A stretch of 64,000 nt of DNA from assembly GCA_964405335.1 (NCBI GenBank), contig CAYONP010000009.1, forward strand, positions 12,074-76,073, read 5' to 3'. Origin of the DNA: an uncultured Fimbriimonadaceae bacterium. Its GTDB lineage: Bacteria > Armatimonadota > UBA10988. Below, one piece after another: positions 9,506 through 17,691 of this stretch (its first letter is position 1; each line of letters starts with the position of its first letter). Under the pieces are notes generated by a model. It was given only the letters and a program-made list of their open reading frames with translations, did no database searches and was not told the DNA's origin. The position numbers and the translations under genes were made by a program.

Positions 9506-9536
9506 CCCGCGACGGGTCGCTCCAACCCGTCGCGGG
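9506..9536. terminator. Hairpin (12-bp stem CCCGCGACGGGT / ACCCGTCGCGGG) downstream of lipoprotein copy B
   Basis: Directly 3' of the 9565 stop on the minus strand. Confidence 0.4.
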
Positions 9537-9564
9537 CACTGAGCGCCCCTGTCATGGGTGCTGG

Positions 9565-10788
9565 CTAGGCGCTCGGCTTCAGCAGGATGCTGACCTCCTG
9601 GCCGTCCTGGAGCGCCCAACACAGAATGGACCCATTGGCGTTGACCGCCACGGCGCGGGTCAGCGTGTAACTCGGGTCGTTGACCAGGTCTTGTAGCCGG
9701 CGCAGGCCGCTCGCCGCGTCCCACACGAAGGGGTCTCCCCACGGCGTGTTGTCCTCTACGAGGGAGCCGAGCGGCTTGGTGTCACCGACCACCACGTCCG
9801 TGCCCGCCACGACCGCGTAGCCGGTGGCGTCGCTGTGCCCTGCCCACGGGGTGGCGCCCTGATCCTCGTGCAGCGACTGGGTGGTCCAGACCAGGGTCGT
9901 CGGACCGTCCGCCCGCCACAGAGTGGCCCGGCCCGTGCCGCTGCCGGCGTCGATCAGCATTCCGGCCACGTCGCCCTGGTTGTTGATGGTGTGCCCGCCC
10001 TCGATGGTACCGTCGAGGACGGTCAGCTCGTGCCGCGTGTAGTCGGCGCCGGTGTAGGTCCGCGACGTCGTGCCGCTGTAGGTGGCGGCGAAGGTGCCCC
10101 AGCGCGAGCCGTTGCCCGCCAGGATCAGCCCGTTGGCCAGGTCCATGGGCCACAGGTTGTGGTCCCAGGACAGGTACTGGCCGTTGGCAAGGCGGACCCA
10201 GGAGCCATAGCGGGTGGTCTTGCCCGACTTGGCGTAGGCGCCGTCCCCGCTCATGTCGCCGTTGTCGTTGACGTGATAGAAGAAGTGGGTCCCGTTGAGG
10301 AGCTTCTCATCCCTCACGGGCTCCGCCACGAAGCCACGATCGCCTGCAGGCCAGAACACCGCCCGGTCCTGCCAGCCCGTCTTGGTCTTGGCCCACCCAA
10401 AGCCGGCCAGGTCACCCCGGCTGTTGACCGAGTGGGCGTAGGAGTCGCGCTGGATCCCGCTCACCGTACCCAGCGTCCGGGCGACACCGTTGGCGTCCCA
10501 GGCCACAGCCTGGGGCGTGTCGGTGGCATCGGACGACCACCCACACGGGAGATCGTCCCCGTTGCTCACCGCCAGGTCCATGCCTGCGTGGCGCGCTCCA
10601 GCCACCAGCGGCTGCAGCGGCACGACTTGATAGGCGCTCGCCGCCGCCCGGCTTGCCGCCGGGCCCAGCCCCAGCAGGTCGCCACCGGCAGCCAACGTGC
10701 CGCCCCCGCCCCCGCAGCCCGCGACAACGAGGCAGAACGTCAGCACCAGGCCCGTCAGGGCGAGCCTGCTGAGATCGAGTCGTCGCAT
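9565..10788 (-). CDS. HAF-repeat family lipoprotein (copy B, paralog of 7974..9287)
   Basis: Start ATG at 10788; MRRLDLSRLALTGLVLTFCLVVAGC lipobox nearly identical to copy A; HAF-like repeats (AHSVNSRGDLAGFGW, YHVNDNGDMSGDGAY, GHTINNQGDVAGML, AVAVNANGSILCWA). Confidence 0.75.
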   Translation of the reverse strand: MRRLDLSRLALTGLVLTFCLVVAGCGGGGGTLAAGGDLLGLGPAASRAAASAYQVVPLQPLVAGARHAGMDLAVSNGDDLPCGWSSDATDTPQAVAWDANGVARTLGTVSGIQRDSYAHSVNSRGDLAGFGWAKTKTGWQDRAVFWPAGDRGFVAEPVRDEKLLNGTHFFYHVNDNGDMSGDGAYAKSGKTTRYGSWVRLANGQYLSWDHNLWPMDLANGLILAGNGSRWGTFAATYSGTTSRTYTGADYTRHELTVLDGTIEGGHTINNQGDVAGMLIDAGSGTGRATLWRADGPTTLVWTTQSLHEDQGATPWAGHSDATGYAVVAGTDVVVGDTKPLGSLVEDNTPWGDPFVWDAASGLRRLQDLVNDPSYTLTRAVAVNANGSILCWALQDGQEVSILLKPSA

Positions 10789-10890
10789 CGTCTTCTCCCT
10801 CGCCCGCCGCGGCCGCGCGGCCGCCGGCGCTAAATCGGATATATAGGTCCGAACTCTGTGCGAAGTCTTTGCCGACGGTGCGAGGCGACG
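10789..10890 (-). promoter_or_regulatory. Leader/promoter region of lipoprotein copy B (duplicate of 9288..9390)
   Basis: Palindrome here is CGGCCGCGCGGCCG (10810-10823): a different sequence from copy A but again a perfect 14-bp palindrome (compensatory change). Same AT-rich box GGATATATAG. Confidence 0.5.
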
Positions 10891-10931
10891 GTCGAACCGA
10901 ACCGGATCGGCCGACCAGGTTGGAGTTAGGA

Positions 10932-13900
10932 TCAGCCTGCAAGCCCGCGGAGGAGGCAGAGTGCTCGCTCGCCGGCCTGGCGGATGGTCCACCCGCGACC
11001 CTGTTCGGACGCGGCTTCGAACGCCTGCTCACCGAGCGTCTCACGCCATTGCGACAACGGCCCGGTGAGCTGCACGTCATGGACCTCGAGGGCCGGCGCG
11101 ACATTGGCGATGCGGTAGGCAGCGGCCGCAGACACGAGCCGGACCGCGTCGGCGGATGCGAGTGCCGGTATCAGGCTGACCCCCTCGATCGTGGCCAGCA
11201 CTCCGAGCTCGAGGTCGTGGCCCAGGGCGCGTTCGAGCACCTTGGCGTAGGCATCCACCGCGGCTGCCGGCCGGCCGCGCTCGCGTTCCAGATGCGCCAG
11301 GGCGACGTCGAGATAGGCCACCTGAAGGGGCTCGCCGGCCAGGTCCATCGCATCTCGTGCCTGGCGGAAGTACCACTCGGCCGGGCCGTAGTCGCCACGG
11401 CGTTGAGCGATCGCCGCCAAGCCGGCTTGATCGCTCGCTATCCGGTATGGCTGCTGGAGGACCTCGGCCAGCGACAAGGCCTGCCGATAGCCCGCCTCGG
11501 CGGCCGGTAGGTCGCCCTGGTGGAAAGCGATGCAGGCGACCATGCGAACGACGTGCTCCTCGAGTACGGGATCGCCTTCGCGCCGTGTGGCCGGCACGGC
11601 CTGAGCGAAGATCCGGCTCGCGGCTTCGAGGTTCTGGCTGCGGCGCAGCCAGTGCGCGATCATCACCAGCGACCAGACCGACGACCGGTCGTCCGCGCTC
11701 CGGCCGAGCTGGTCGAGGGCCTCGGCCTCCAGGTCGTCGGCCTCGGCCAGGCGCCCCTCGAGGCGCGCCAGCGTGCTCAGGCCGAACAGGGCGGTGGCCG
11801 CGGCGTTGCGATCCCCGAGCTCGCGAGCCAGGCCCAGATTCTGTTGCAGCCGGTCGGCGTCGGGCAGGCCCGGCATGGGACCGCCCGGTTGGTGGTCGCG
11901 CGCGAGCTGCAAACCGGCCATGTGCGTCAGCGCCTTCATCTGCTCGTGCCGGTCGCCGGCTTCGGCCCACAGCAGCAGGCTCTGTTCGGCCAGTTGGTAC
12001 GCCTCCAGCAGACGACCCTCAATGGTCGCCGCCACGTAGAGTCGTCCCAGGAAGGCGGCCAGCCGCCGCCGGTCCAATACCTGCTCGGCCGACTTCTGCG
12101 CGAGATGCCAGTGCCGGGCCGCTTCGGCGGCATCCTGATCGGCCGGCGGCAACAGCACCAGCAGATAGTGGGCCATGGCCTCGGCGGCGTGGTCACCCGC
12201 AGCAGTCCCGGCCCGCAGGGCCTCGGCGGCCCAGGTGGCGGCCTGGTCGTGACGGCCCAGCCGAAAGGCCAGCAGGCCGGCCGCCAGGGCCGCGGTCGCC
12301 CGAGCGGCAGTCAGCGTCTGGGCGCCCGGTGCGGCGAGCACAGCCTCCAGTTGTTCCAGGCCCTGGCTCCATCTGGCCTGCTGGTTCCAAAGCGCTCCGA
12401 GGGTGGCGGCCAATCGCAGGCCGTCGTCGGCCTGCTCCGCCCGCGACAGCGCTTCATCCAGGGCCATCTGAAGGTTGGCCTGCTCCTCGGCCAGTCGGCT
12501 AAGCCACACCGCCTCGTCGATCGGCCTGCCCGGCGCACCGTCGCCCAGCGCGGCGGCGAAGCAGGCGACCATCCGCGCCGACGCTCTCGGTCGCTCGCCG
12601 CGCTCGACCAACCGCTCAGCCGCGAACTCGCGGATCGTCTCGAACATCCGGTACCGCGGCTCGTCGCCCGTCAGGTCGAGCTGGAGCAGCGACCAGCCGC
12701 GGAGTAGCTCGAGGTAGTCTCTGGCCGAGGGCTCCTCGCCCACCGCTTCGGCGGCCTCGGCGCCGAAACTGCCGGCGAAGACGGACAGCCGCGCGAGGAA
12801 GGCCTGGAACGGCTCCGACAGCAGTTGGTAGCTCCAGGCGATGGCGGCTTCGAGCGTGCGGTGGCGTTCGGGCCGCCGGTCCGATCGCGCGGCCCGCCAG
12901 TGCAGCCGTTCGTCGAGCCGCTCGGCGAGGCGATGGACGCTCATCGACGGCAGGCGCGCAACCGCCAGCTCGAGCGCCAAGGGGATCCCCTCGAGGCCGG
13001 TGCAGACCGCGACTACCGCCGCCGCATTGCGTTCGCTCAAGACGAAATCAGGCACGGTGGCGCGGGCCCGATCGACGAACAGTTGCACACTCGGAACGCC
13101 GGCCACGGCGGCGATGTCGGCGCGCTCGCTCGGCAGGTCCAGCGGCTCGACCGGCACGGGTCGTTCGCCGGACAGGCCCAGTCTGCGCCGCGAGGTGGCC
13201 AGGCAGAGCAGCGACGGGCAGTCCTCGAGCAGCTTGCCGATGACCAGACCGGCCTCGGGCGTGAACTGCTCGAGGTTGTCCAGGATCAGCAGGCCGGGAT
13301 GCTCGCCAAAGAACCAGCGAAGCTGCTGATCCACGTGGCTCTGGGGTTCCAGGCCGATCCGGCGCAGAATCTCAAAGGTGAGGTCGGCCGCCGTTCGCAG
13401 GTCGGAAGCCTGAACGAACCAGGCCAGAGTGCCGCAGGTCCGCGCCATGTGCCAGCCGACCTCGACCGCCAGCCGTGTCTTGCCGCTGCCGCCCGGGCCG
13501 GTGAGGGTCACCAGGCGCGTGTCGTCGAGCAGCAACTCGGTCACCGCCGCGATCGCCGCCTCACGGCCATACGTTCGGCCCAGCACCGCGGGCAGCGCGG
13601 CGGTCACCGGCCGCTCCAGCGCCAATGGCTGCCCCACCGCGGCGCTGTCGGTGGCGAAGATCCCACAAGCCGCCGCTCCAGACCGGAGCCGGTACTCGCC
13701 CAGGCTAACCAGGCTCAAGTGCCGGCGGGCGCCCTGGCGCAGCAAGGCGGCGGTGGCCTCGGTCACGAGCAGTTGCCCATCCACCGCGGCGCGACGCAGT
13801 TGCTCGACCGATTCGGCTGCGGGACCGTCGAGCCGGAGGCTGACGTCAGCGGTATGGACGGCCAGCGCGAACTCGTTGTCGCGGACCCGCTCAGCGAAGG

Positions 13901-14891
13901 CGAACGCGTCGCCGGCGCGAGCAAAGGCGACCACGATGCCGTCGTCGTCGCGACGCGCCGGCACGGCACCGAATCGTTCGGCCTCGTCGGCAAGGCAGGC
14001 TGGCGCCGCGACGAAGGTCACGGTGCCGGTCAGGTCCGGATCACCGGCGGGCCGAAGGTCGAGCACCGCCAGGTCTTGGCGGGCCTTGTCGGGCTCGCCC
14101 AGCAGGGCCAGCAGCTCGGTGTCGGGTTCCCAGTCGCCGGTTCGGCGGCGCCTGGCGACGAACCCGTCGAGATGCCGACGAGCCGCCGCGCGGTCGTCCA
14201 CGGCCAGCTCGAGCTGCACGAGTCGACGGAGCAGTGGTTCGCAATCCGGCTCGGCCGAGTTGCCCAGGCGGGCCACCCGCAGGGCCTCGCCCGGCCGGCC
14301 GGCGGCGACATGCCACTCCACCAGCGCTTCCACTGCTTCGACGAAGCACTGCCGCAGCCGCGCCTCCTCGCTCAGCACCCACCGTTCGTAGCAGCAGGGC
14401 AGCAGCGGACCGCCATAGACCGACACGACCTGCTCGAATCGCGCTTGGCGCAACTCGTCGGTCGCCCGACCTGCCGCCTGGTAAGCCGCATCGAGCTGCT
14501 GCACGTCGGTCTCGAGCAGCTCATCCCGAACCCAGACCGACCGCCGGTCGGCTAGGACAAGCGTCTCCTTAGCCTGCTCCGGAGGGCAGAGCTGGCGGCG
14601 CAGGACGGATAGAGTGTAGCTCAGTCTGCCGCGCCCGCTGTCGGCTCCGCAACCGGGCCAGAGCAGCTCGATCAGCTCGTCACGTTCGTGCCGGCGGTGC
14701 GGGTGGTAGGTCAGGTAGGCGAGCAGTGAGGCCGCCTTCTGCGTGCGGAAGCGACAGAGCGTGCCGCCGGCATGCCGAACCTCGAGGGAGCCGAGCAGCC
14801 GTACCTGGTAGCCAACCACCTGACCGACCTTCCCCGACGGCGGACCTGCTCGCCCTGCGGAACAGAAGCGATGTGTACACCAGTGTGTCAA
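10932..14891 (-). CDS. SARP/AfsR-like transcriptional regulator: OmpR-type winged-helix DBD + BTAD + cyclase-like segment + NB-ARC P-loop ATPase + TPR repeats
   Basis: N-terminal YQVRLLGSLEVRHAGG...LLAYLTYHPHRRHERDELIELLWPG (SARP DNA-binding), Walker A LTGPGGSGKTRLAVEV, long C-terminal TPR-like helical repeats. True start may be an internal GTG near VGQVVGYQV. Confidence 0.8.
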   Translation of the reverse strand: MTHWCTHRFCSAGRAGPPSGKVGQVVGYQVRLLGSLEVRHAGGTLCRFRTQKAASLLAYLTYHPHRRHERDELIELLWPGCGADSGRGRLSYTLSVLRRQLCPPEQAKETLVLADRRSVWVRDELLETDVQQLDAAYQAAGRATDELRQARFEQVVSVYGGPLLPCCYERWVLSEEARLRQCFVEAVEALVEWHVAAGRPGEALRVARLGNSAEPDCEPLLRRLVQLELAVDDRAAARRHLDGFVARRRRTGDWEPDTELLALLGEPDKARQDLAVLDLRPAGDPDLTGTVTFVAAPACLADEAERFGAVPARRDDDGIVVAFARAGDAFAFAERVRDNEFALAVHTADVSLRLDGPAAESVEQLRRAAVDGQLLVTEATAALLRQGARRHLSLVSLGEYRLRSGAAACGIFATDSAAVGQPLALERPVTAALPAVLGRTYGREAAIAAVTELLLDDTRLVTLTGPGGSGKTRLAVEVGWHMARTCGTLAWFVQASDLRTAADLTFEILRRIGLEPQSHVDQQLRWFFGEHPGLLILDNLEQFTPEAGLVIGKLLEDCPSLLCLATSRRRLGLSGERPVPVEPLDLPSERADIAAVAGVPSVQLFVDRARATVPDFVLSERNAAAVVAVCTGLEGIPLALELAVARLPSMSVHRLAERLDERLHWRAARSDRRPERHRTLEAAIAWSYQLLSEPFQAFLARLSVFAGSFGAEAAEAVGEEPSARDYLELLRGWSLLQLDLTGDEPRYRMFETIREFAAERLVERGERPRASARMVACFAAALGDGAPGRPIDEAVWLSRLAEEQANLQMALDEALSRAEQADDGLRLAATLGALWNQQARWSQGLEQLEAVLAAPGAQTLTAARATAALAAGLLAFRLGRHDQAATWAAEALRAGTAAGDHAAEAMAHYLLVLLPPADQDAAEAARHWHLAQKSAEQVLDRRRLAAFLGRLYVAATIEGRLLEAYQLAEQSLLLWAEAGDRHEQMKALTHMAGLQLARDHQPGGPMPGLPDADRLQQNLGLARELGDRNAAATALFGLSTLARLEGRLAEADDLEAEALDQLGRSADDRSSVWSLVMIAHWLRRSQNLEAASRIFAQAVPATRREGDPVLEEHVVRMVACIAFHQGDLPAAEAGYRQALSLAEVLQQPYRIASDQAGLAAIAQRRGDYGPAEWYFRQARDAMDLAGEPLQVAYLDVALAHLERERGRPAAAVDAYAKVLERALGHDLELGVLATIEGVSLIPALASADAVRLVSAAAAYRIANVAPALEVHDVQLTGPLSQWRETLGEQAFEAASEQGRGWTIRQAGERALCLLRGLAG

Positions 14892-14985
14892 TAACGGCGG
14901 CGCGAGTCAAGTGAACGCAATCCCACCAGAGATTGAATCCAGGCGATTGGGTGGCCAACCGCGCTCAGGTCGAACGGCACGCCCT

Positions 14986-16035
14986 TCAGCGCGCTGTTGC
15001 GGCGTCACCGCCGCGGCCTGAGGAGCGCGTCAGCCGCGCCAGGTCCGACCGCACCATCAGCTCGACCAGCTCGGCGAAACTGACCTTCGGCTGCCAACCA
15101 AGCTCGGTCCGGGCCTTGCTCGGATCGCTCAGCAGCAGGTGTACCTCGGCCGGGCGGAAAAACCGCTCGTCGAGCCGCACCACGGCGCGGCCGGTCTTGG
15201 AGCAGCGGCCCACCTCGTCGAGCCCTTCGCCCTCCCACGCCAGCTCAATCCCGGCGGCGCCGAAGGCCAGCTCGACGAAGTGCCGCACGGTGTGCGTCGC
15301 GCCCGTGCCGACCACGTAGTCGTCTGGCTCGTCGCGCTGGAGCATCCGCCACATCGCCTCGACGTAATCGCCGGCGAAGCCCCAGTCGCGCTTGGCGTCC
15401 AAGTTGCCAAGCCGTAGGGAGTCGCTCAGGCCGAGCCGGATCCGCGCGGCGCCGTCGCTGATCTTGCGGGTGACGAACTCGAGCCCGCGCCGTGGACTCT
15501 CGTGGTTGAACAGGATACCGCTGCAGGCGTACAGGTCATAGCTTTCGCGGAAGTTGACCGTGATATAATGGCCGTAGACCTTGGCCACGCCGTACGGGCT
15601 GCGGGGATGGAACGGCGTCGTCTCGCGCTGCGGGGTCTCGCGCACCTGGCCGAACATCTCGCTCGAGCTGGCCTGGTAGAACCGCGCGCCCGGCGCCGCG
15701 CGGCGCATCGCCTCGAGCATCCGCATCACGCCCAGGGCGGTGATCTCGCCGGTCAGCTCGGGCTGGTTCCAGCTCGTCGGGACGAAGCTCTGCGCGGCCA
15801 GATTGTAGACTTCGTCGGGCGACGCCTCGCGGATCGCCTCGGCCAGCGAATGCTGATCGAGCAGGTCACCCGGCAGCAGGCAGAGCTGCTCCTGGATGTG
15901 CTCGATGCGGTCGAAGTTGACGGTGCTGCTGCGGCGCACCAGGCCAAAGACCTGATAGCCGCGCTCGAGCAGCAGCTCGGCCAGGTAGCTGCCGTCCTGG
16001 CCGGTGATGCCGGTGATCAGCGCGCGTCGGCTCAT
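14986..16035 (-). CDS. gmd: GDP-mannose 4,6-dehydratase
   Basis: [37 protein letters not shown]... canonical Gmd; start ATG complement 16033-16035 is in frame with track ORF 14986..16656, whose upstream extension is artefact. Confidence 0.9.
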   Translation of the reverse strand: MSRRALITGITGQDGSYLAELLLERGYQVFGLVRRSSTVNFDRIEHIQEQLCLLPGDLLDQHSLAEAIREASPDEVYNLAAQSFVPTSWNQPELTGEITALGVMRMLEAMRRAAPGARFYQASSSEMFGQVRETPQRETTPFHPRSPYGVAKVYGHYITVNFRESYDLYACSGILFNHESPRRGLEFVTRKISDGAARIRLGLSDSLRLGNLDAKRDWGFAGDYVEAMWRMLQRDEPDDYVVGTGATHTVRHFVELAFGAAGIELAWEGEGLDEVGRCSKTGRAVVRLDERFFRPAEVHLLLSDPSKARTELGWQPKVSFAELVELMVRSDLARLTRSSGRGGDAATAR

Positions 16036-16185
16036 GCGCCGGTGCTCCGCGGCGATCATACCCGCGGCGAGGCCGGGGCTCAAGGGCCGTTTGACGTGGC
16101 GAGCAGCCGGCGCCGGACCGCCCCGCCGCGGGCCAGACGCCGCATGACACGGGTCGAAGTCGTGGACCGACATGGCAGCAGCGCA

Positions 16186-16420
16186 AGCCCCCACCCCCAA
16201 CCCCTCCCCCGCGCGGCGCGGGGGGAGAGGGGAGCCATCGCAACGACCGGACCGCCGGCGTCCTCGCCGGCCGGCGGACGTGCGCGTCGGCCAGGCGCCA
16301 ACACCTGGCCCCTCCCCCGCGCGGCGCGGGTGTGGTGGGTGGTGTCGTAGGTGACCGCCTATCTCCCTGACTCCCCTCTCCCTGGCGCCGCGCCAGGGGG
16401 AGGGGTCGGGGCGGGGGCCG
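16186..16420. repeat. Cluster of three C-tract/G-tract inverted repeats (CCCCTCCCCCGCGCGGCGCGGGG...) including a G-quadruplex-type run GGGGGAGGGGTCGGGGCGGGGG (16396-16417)
   Basis: Seen in sequence: 16201-16232, 16310-16330 and 16373-16404 share the CCCCTCCCC / GGGGAGGGG arms. Confidence 0.5.
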
Positions 16421-16460
16421 TTAGCGAGCGTGTCGCCGGCCCGGCCACGGCTGGCCAGCG

Positions 16461-16727
16461 GGCGGGCGGGGACGCCTGCGCGCCGAGGCTCGCGCCGCCG
16501 GCCCAAGGTAGCGCGCTCTCGCCGAGAGCGCTGCTCGCGTCGTCGCATCGCCAGTTGCCAACCGGCGCTACGGCGCTTCTGCCTCGACGCCGCCGGCCCA
16601 AGGTAGCGCGCTTTCGCCGAGAGCGCTGCTCGCGTCATCGCATCGCCGGTTACCAACCGGCGCTACGGCGCCTCCTCCTCGGCGCCGGCGGGCGGGGACG
16701 CCCGCGCTCCGGCGCTCGCGCCGCGGG
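16461..16727. repeat. Two 81-bp direct repeats (16496-16576 and 16591-16671, 5 mismatches) bracketed by two copies of a GGCGGGCGGGGACGCC(Y)GCGC element (16461, 16687)
   Basis: Each 81-bp unit contains an internal hairpin GCGCTCTCGCCGAGAGCGC. Not CRISPR-like (only 2 units, 14-bp gap). Confidence 0.6.
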
Positions 16728-16755
16728 CAGGCCGGCAGCGCCCATCGACCGCACC

Positions 16756-17517
16756 TCAGTCGACCGGCGACAGCGTCACAATCGCCCGCCGCGGCAGGCC
16801 CGGGGCCGCGTGCGGGGTATAGGTGGCGCGCACCCGCGTTTCGCCGCCGGCGGCGTTGGTCACCAGGTACTCGGCGTCGACCACCGGCTCCAGGTTGAGC
16901 AGCGAGCAGAGGCCCGGGCAGTCGCCCTTGGTCACCGTCGTGCCGTCGTCGTGGTGGCAGCCGAACAGCTCGCTGCACAGCGGGCCGTGCTGCATCTGCC
17001 GGCTGGTCAGCCCGATGAACTGCTCGGCCGAGGCGTTGCAGGCCAGCACGCGGCGCTGCTCGTCGATCAGAAAGACCGGCGCGGCGGCCTCGAGCAGGTG
17101 CTGCGGCAGCCGGCCCGGCGCCTGCTCACCCGAGAGCACCCGGCGATAGCCGTCAGCAGTCTCGAGCTGCGCCAGCTCGGCGGCATCGGCGAGGGCGATG
17201 CGGGCCAGCCAGCCGTCGCCGAGGGGATCTTCGTTGACCAGGCCCGGCCTCGCCCAGAGGTCCTCGTTGATGGCTGCCACCGCGCCCTGGACCGGCGGAA
17301 AGAGCTGGGTGAGACCGTAGCCCGCCGACTGCAGGCTGCCCAGCGGCAGGCCGAACGTCGCCGGCGCGCCGACGGCCGGCAGACCCACATGAAAGACGCG
17401 CCCGTGCCGCTCTTGACCGTGCTCGGTCAGGCCGACGGTGGCCGTCGTGCCGTCGCAGGCGACCCAGAGGTGGCTGGCGGTGTAACGCCACTCGTCGGGA
17501 AGCGTGTAGTTCGCCAC
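16756..17517 (-). CDS. GcvH-like (lipoyl-fold) domain fused to a Cys-rich PAS-like domain
   Basis: GTG start at 17517 (VANYTLPDEWRYTASHLWVACDGTTATVGLTEHGQ...GDGWLARIAL = glycine-cleavage H fold, but the lipoyl-Lys position reads LQSAGYG, i.e. no Lys), followed by LIDEQRRVLACNASAEQFIGLTSRQMQ...GCHHDDGTTVTKGDCPGLC. Confidence 0.55.
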   Translation of the reverse strand: MANYTLPDEWRYTASHLWVACDGTTATVGLTEHGQERHGRVFHVGLPAVGAPATFGLPLGSLQSAGYGLTQLFPPVQGAVAAINEDLWARPGLVNEDPLGDGWLARIALADAAELAQLETADGYRRVLSGEQAPGRLPQHLLEAAAPVFLIDEQRRVLACNASAEQFIGLTSRQMQHGPLCSELFGCHHDDGTTVTKGDCPGLCSLLNLEPVVDAEYLVTNAAGGETRVRATYTPHAAPGLPRRAIVTLSPVD

Positions 17518-17613
17518 AAAACCCTCCGCGGCCGGAGCAGTGGCGCTCGGCGCCCCGGCACGTCGCCTACCAGTATATGCAACAGACCTGCCCGGCGTCA
17601 CCAAATCGGTTTC

Positions 17614-17679
17614 GGGCGGGCGGCGACGCCCGCGCTCCGGGGCGGGCCGCCGGCGGGCGGCGACGCCCGCGCTCCGGGG
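17614..17679. repeat. Tandem duplicate of GGCGGGCGGCGACGCCCGCGCTCCGGGG (17614-17642, 17652-17679), same family as the 16461/16687 elements
   Basis: Seen in sequence between the flhB stop (17692) and the GcvH-PAS start (17517). Confidence 0.55.
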
Positions 17680-17691
17680 CGCGCGACTCGC

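Noticed and set aside
12825-14555. 576-aa plus-strand ORF inside the SARP regulator gene
   Set aside because: Antisense to a gene with clear DBD/P-loop/TPR features; Arg/Gly/Gln-rich.
16496-16671. Possible CRISPR array
   Set aside because: Only two 81-bp units separated by 14 bp, no regular short repeat/spacer periodicity and no cas genes nearby; classified as a tandem repeat.
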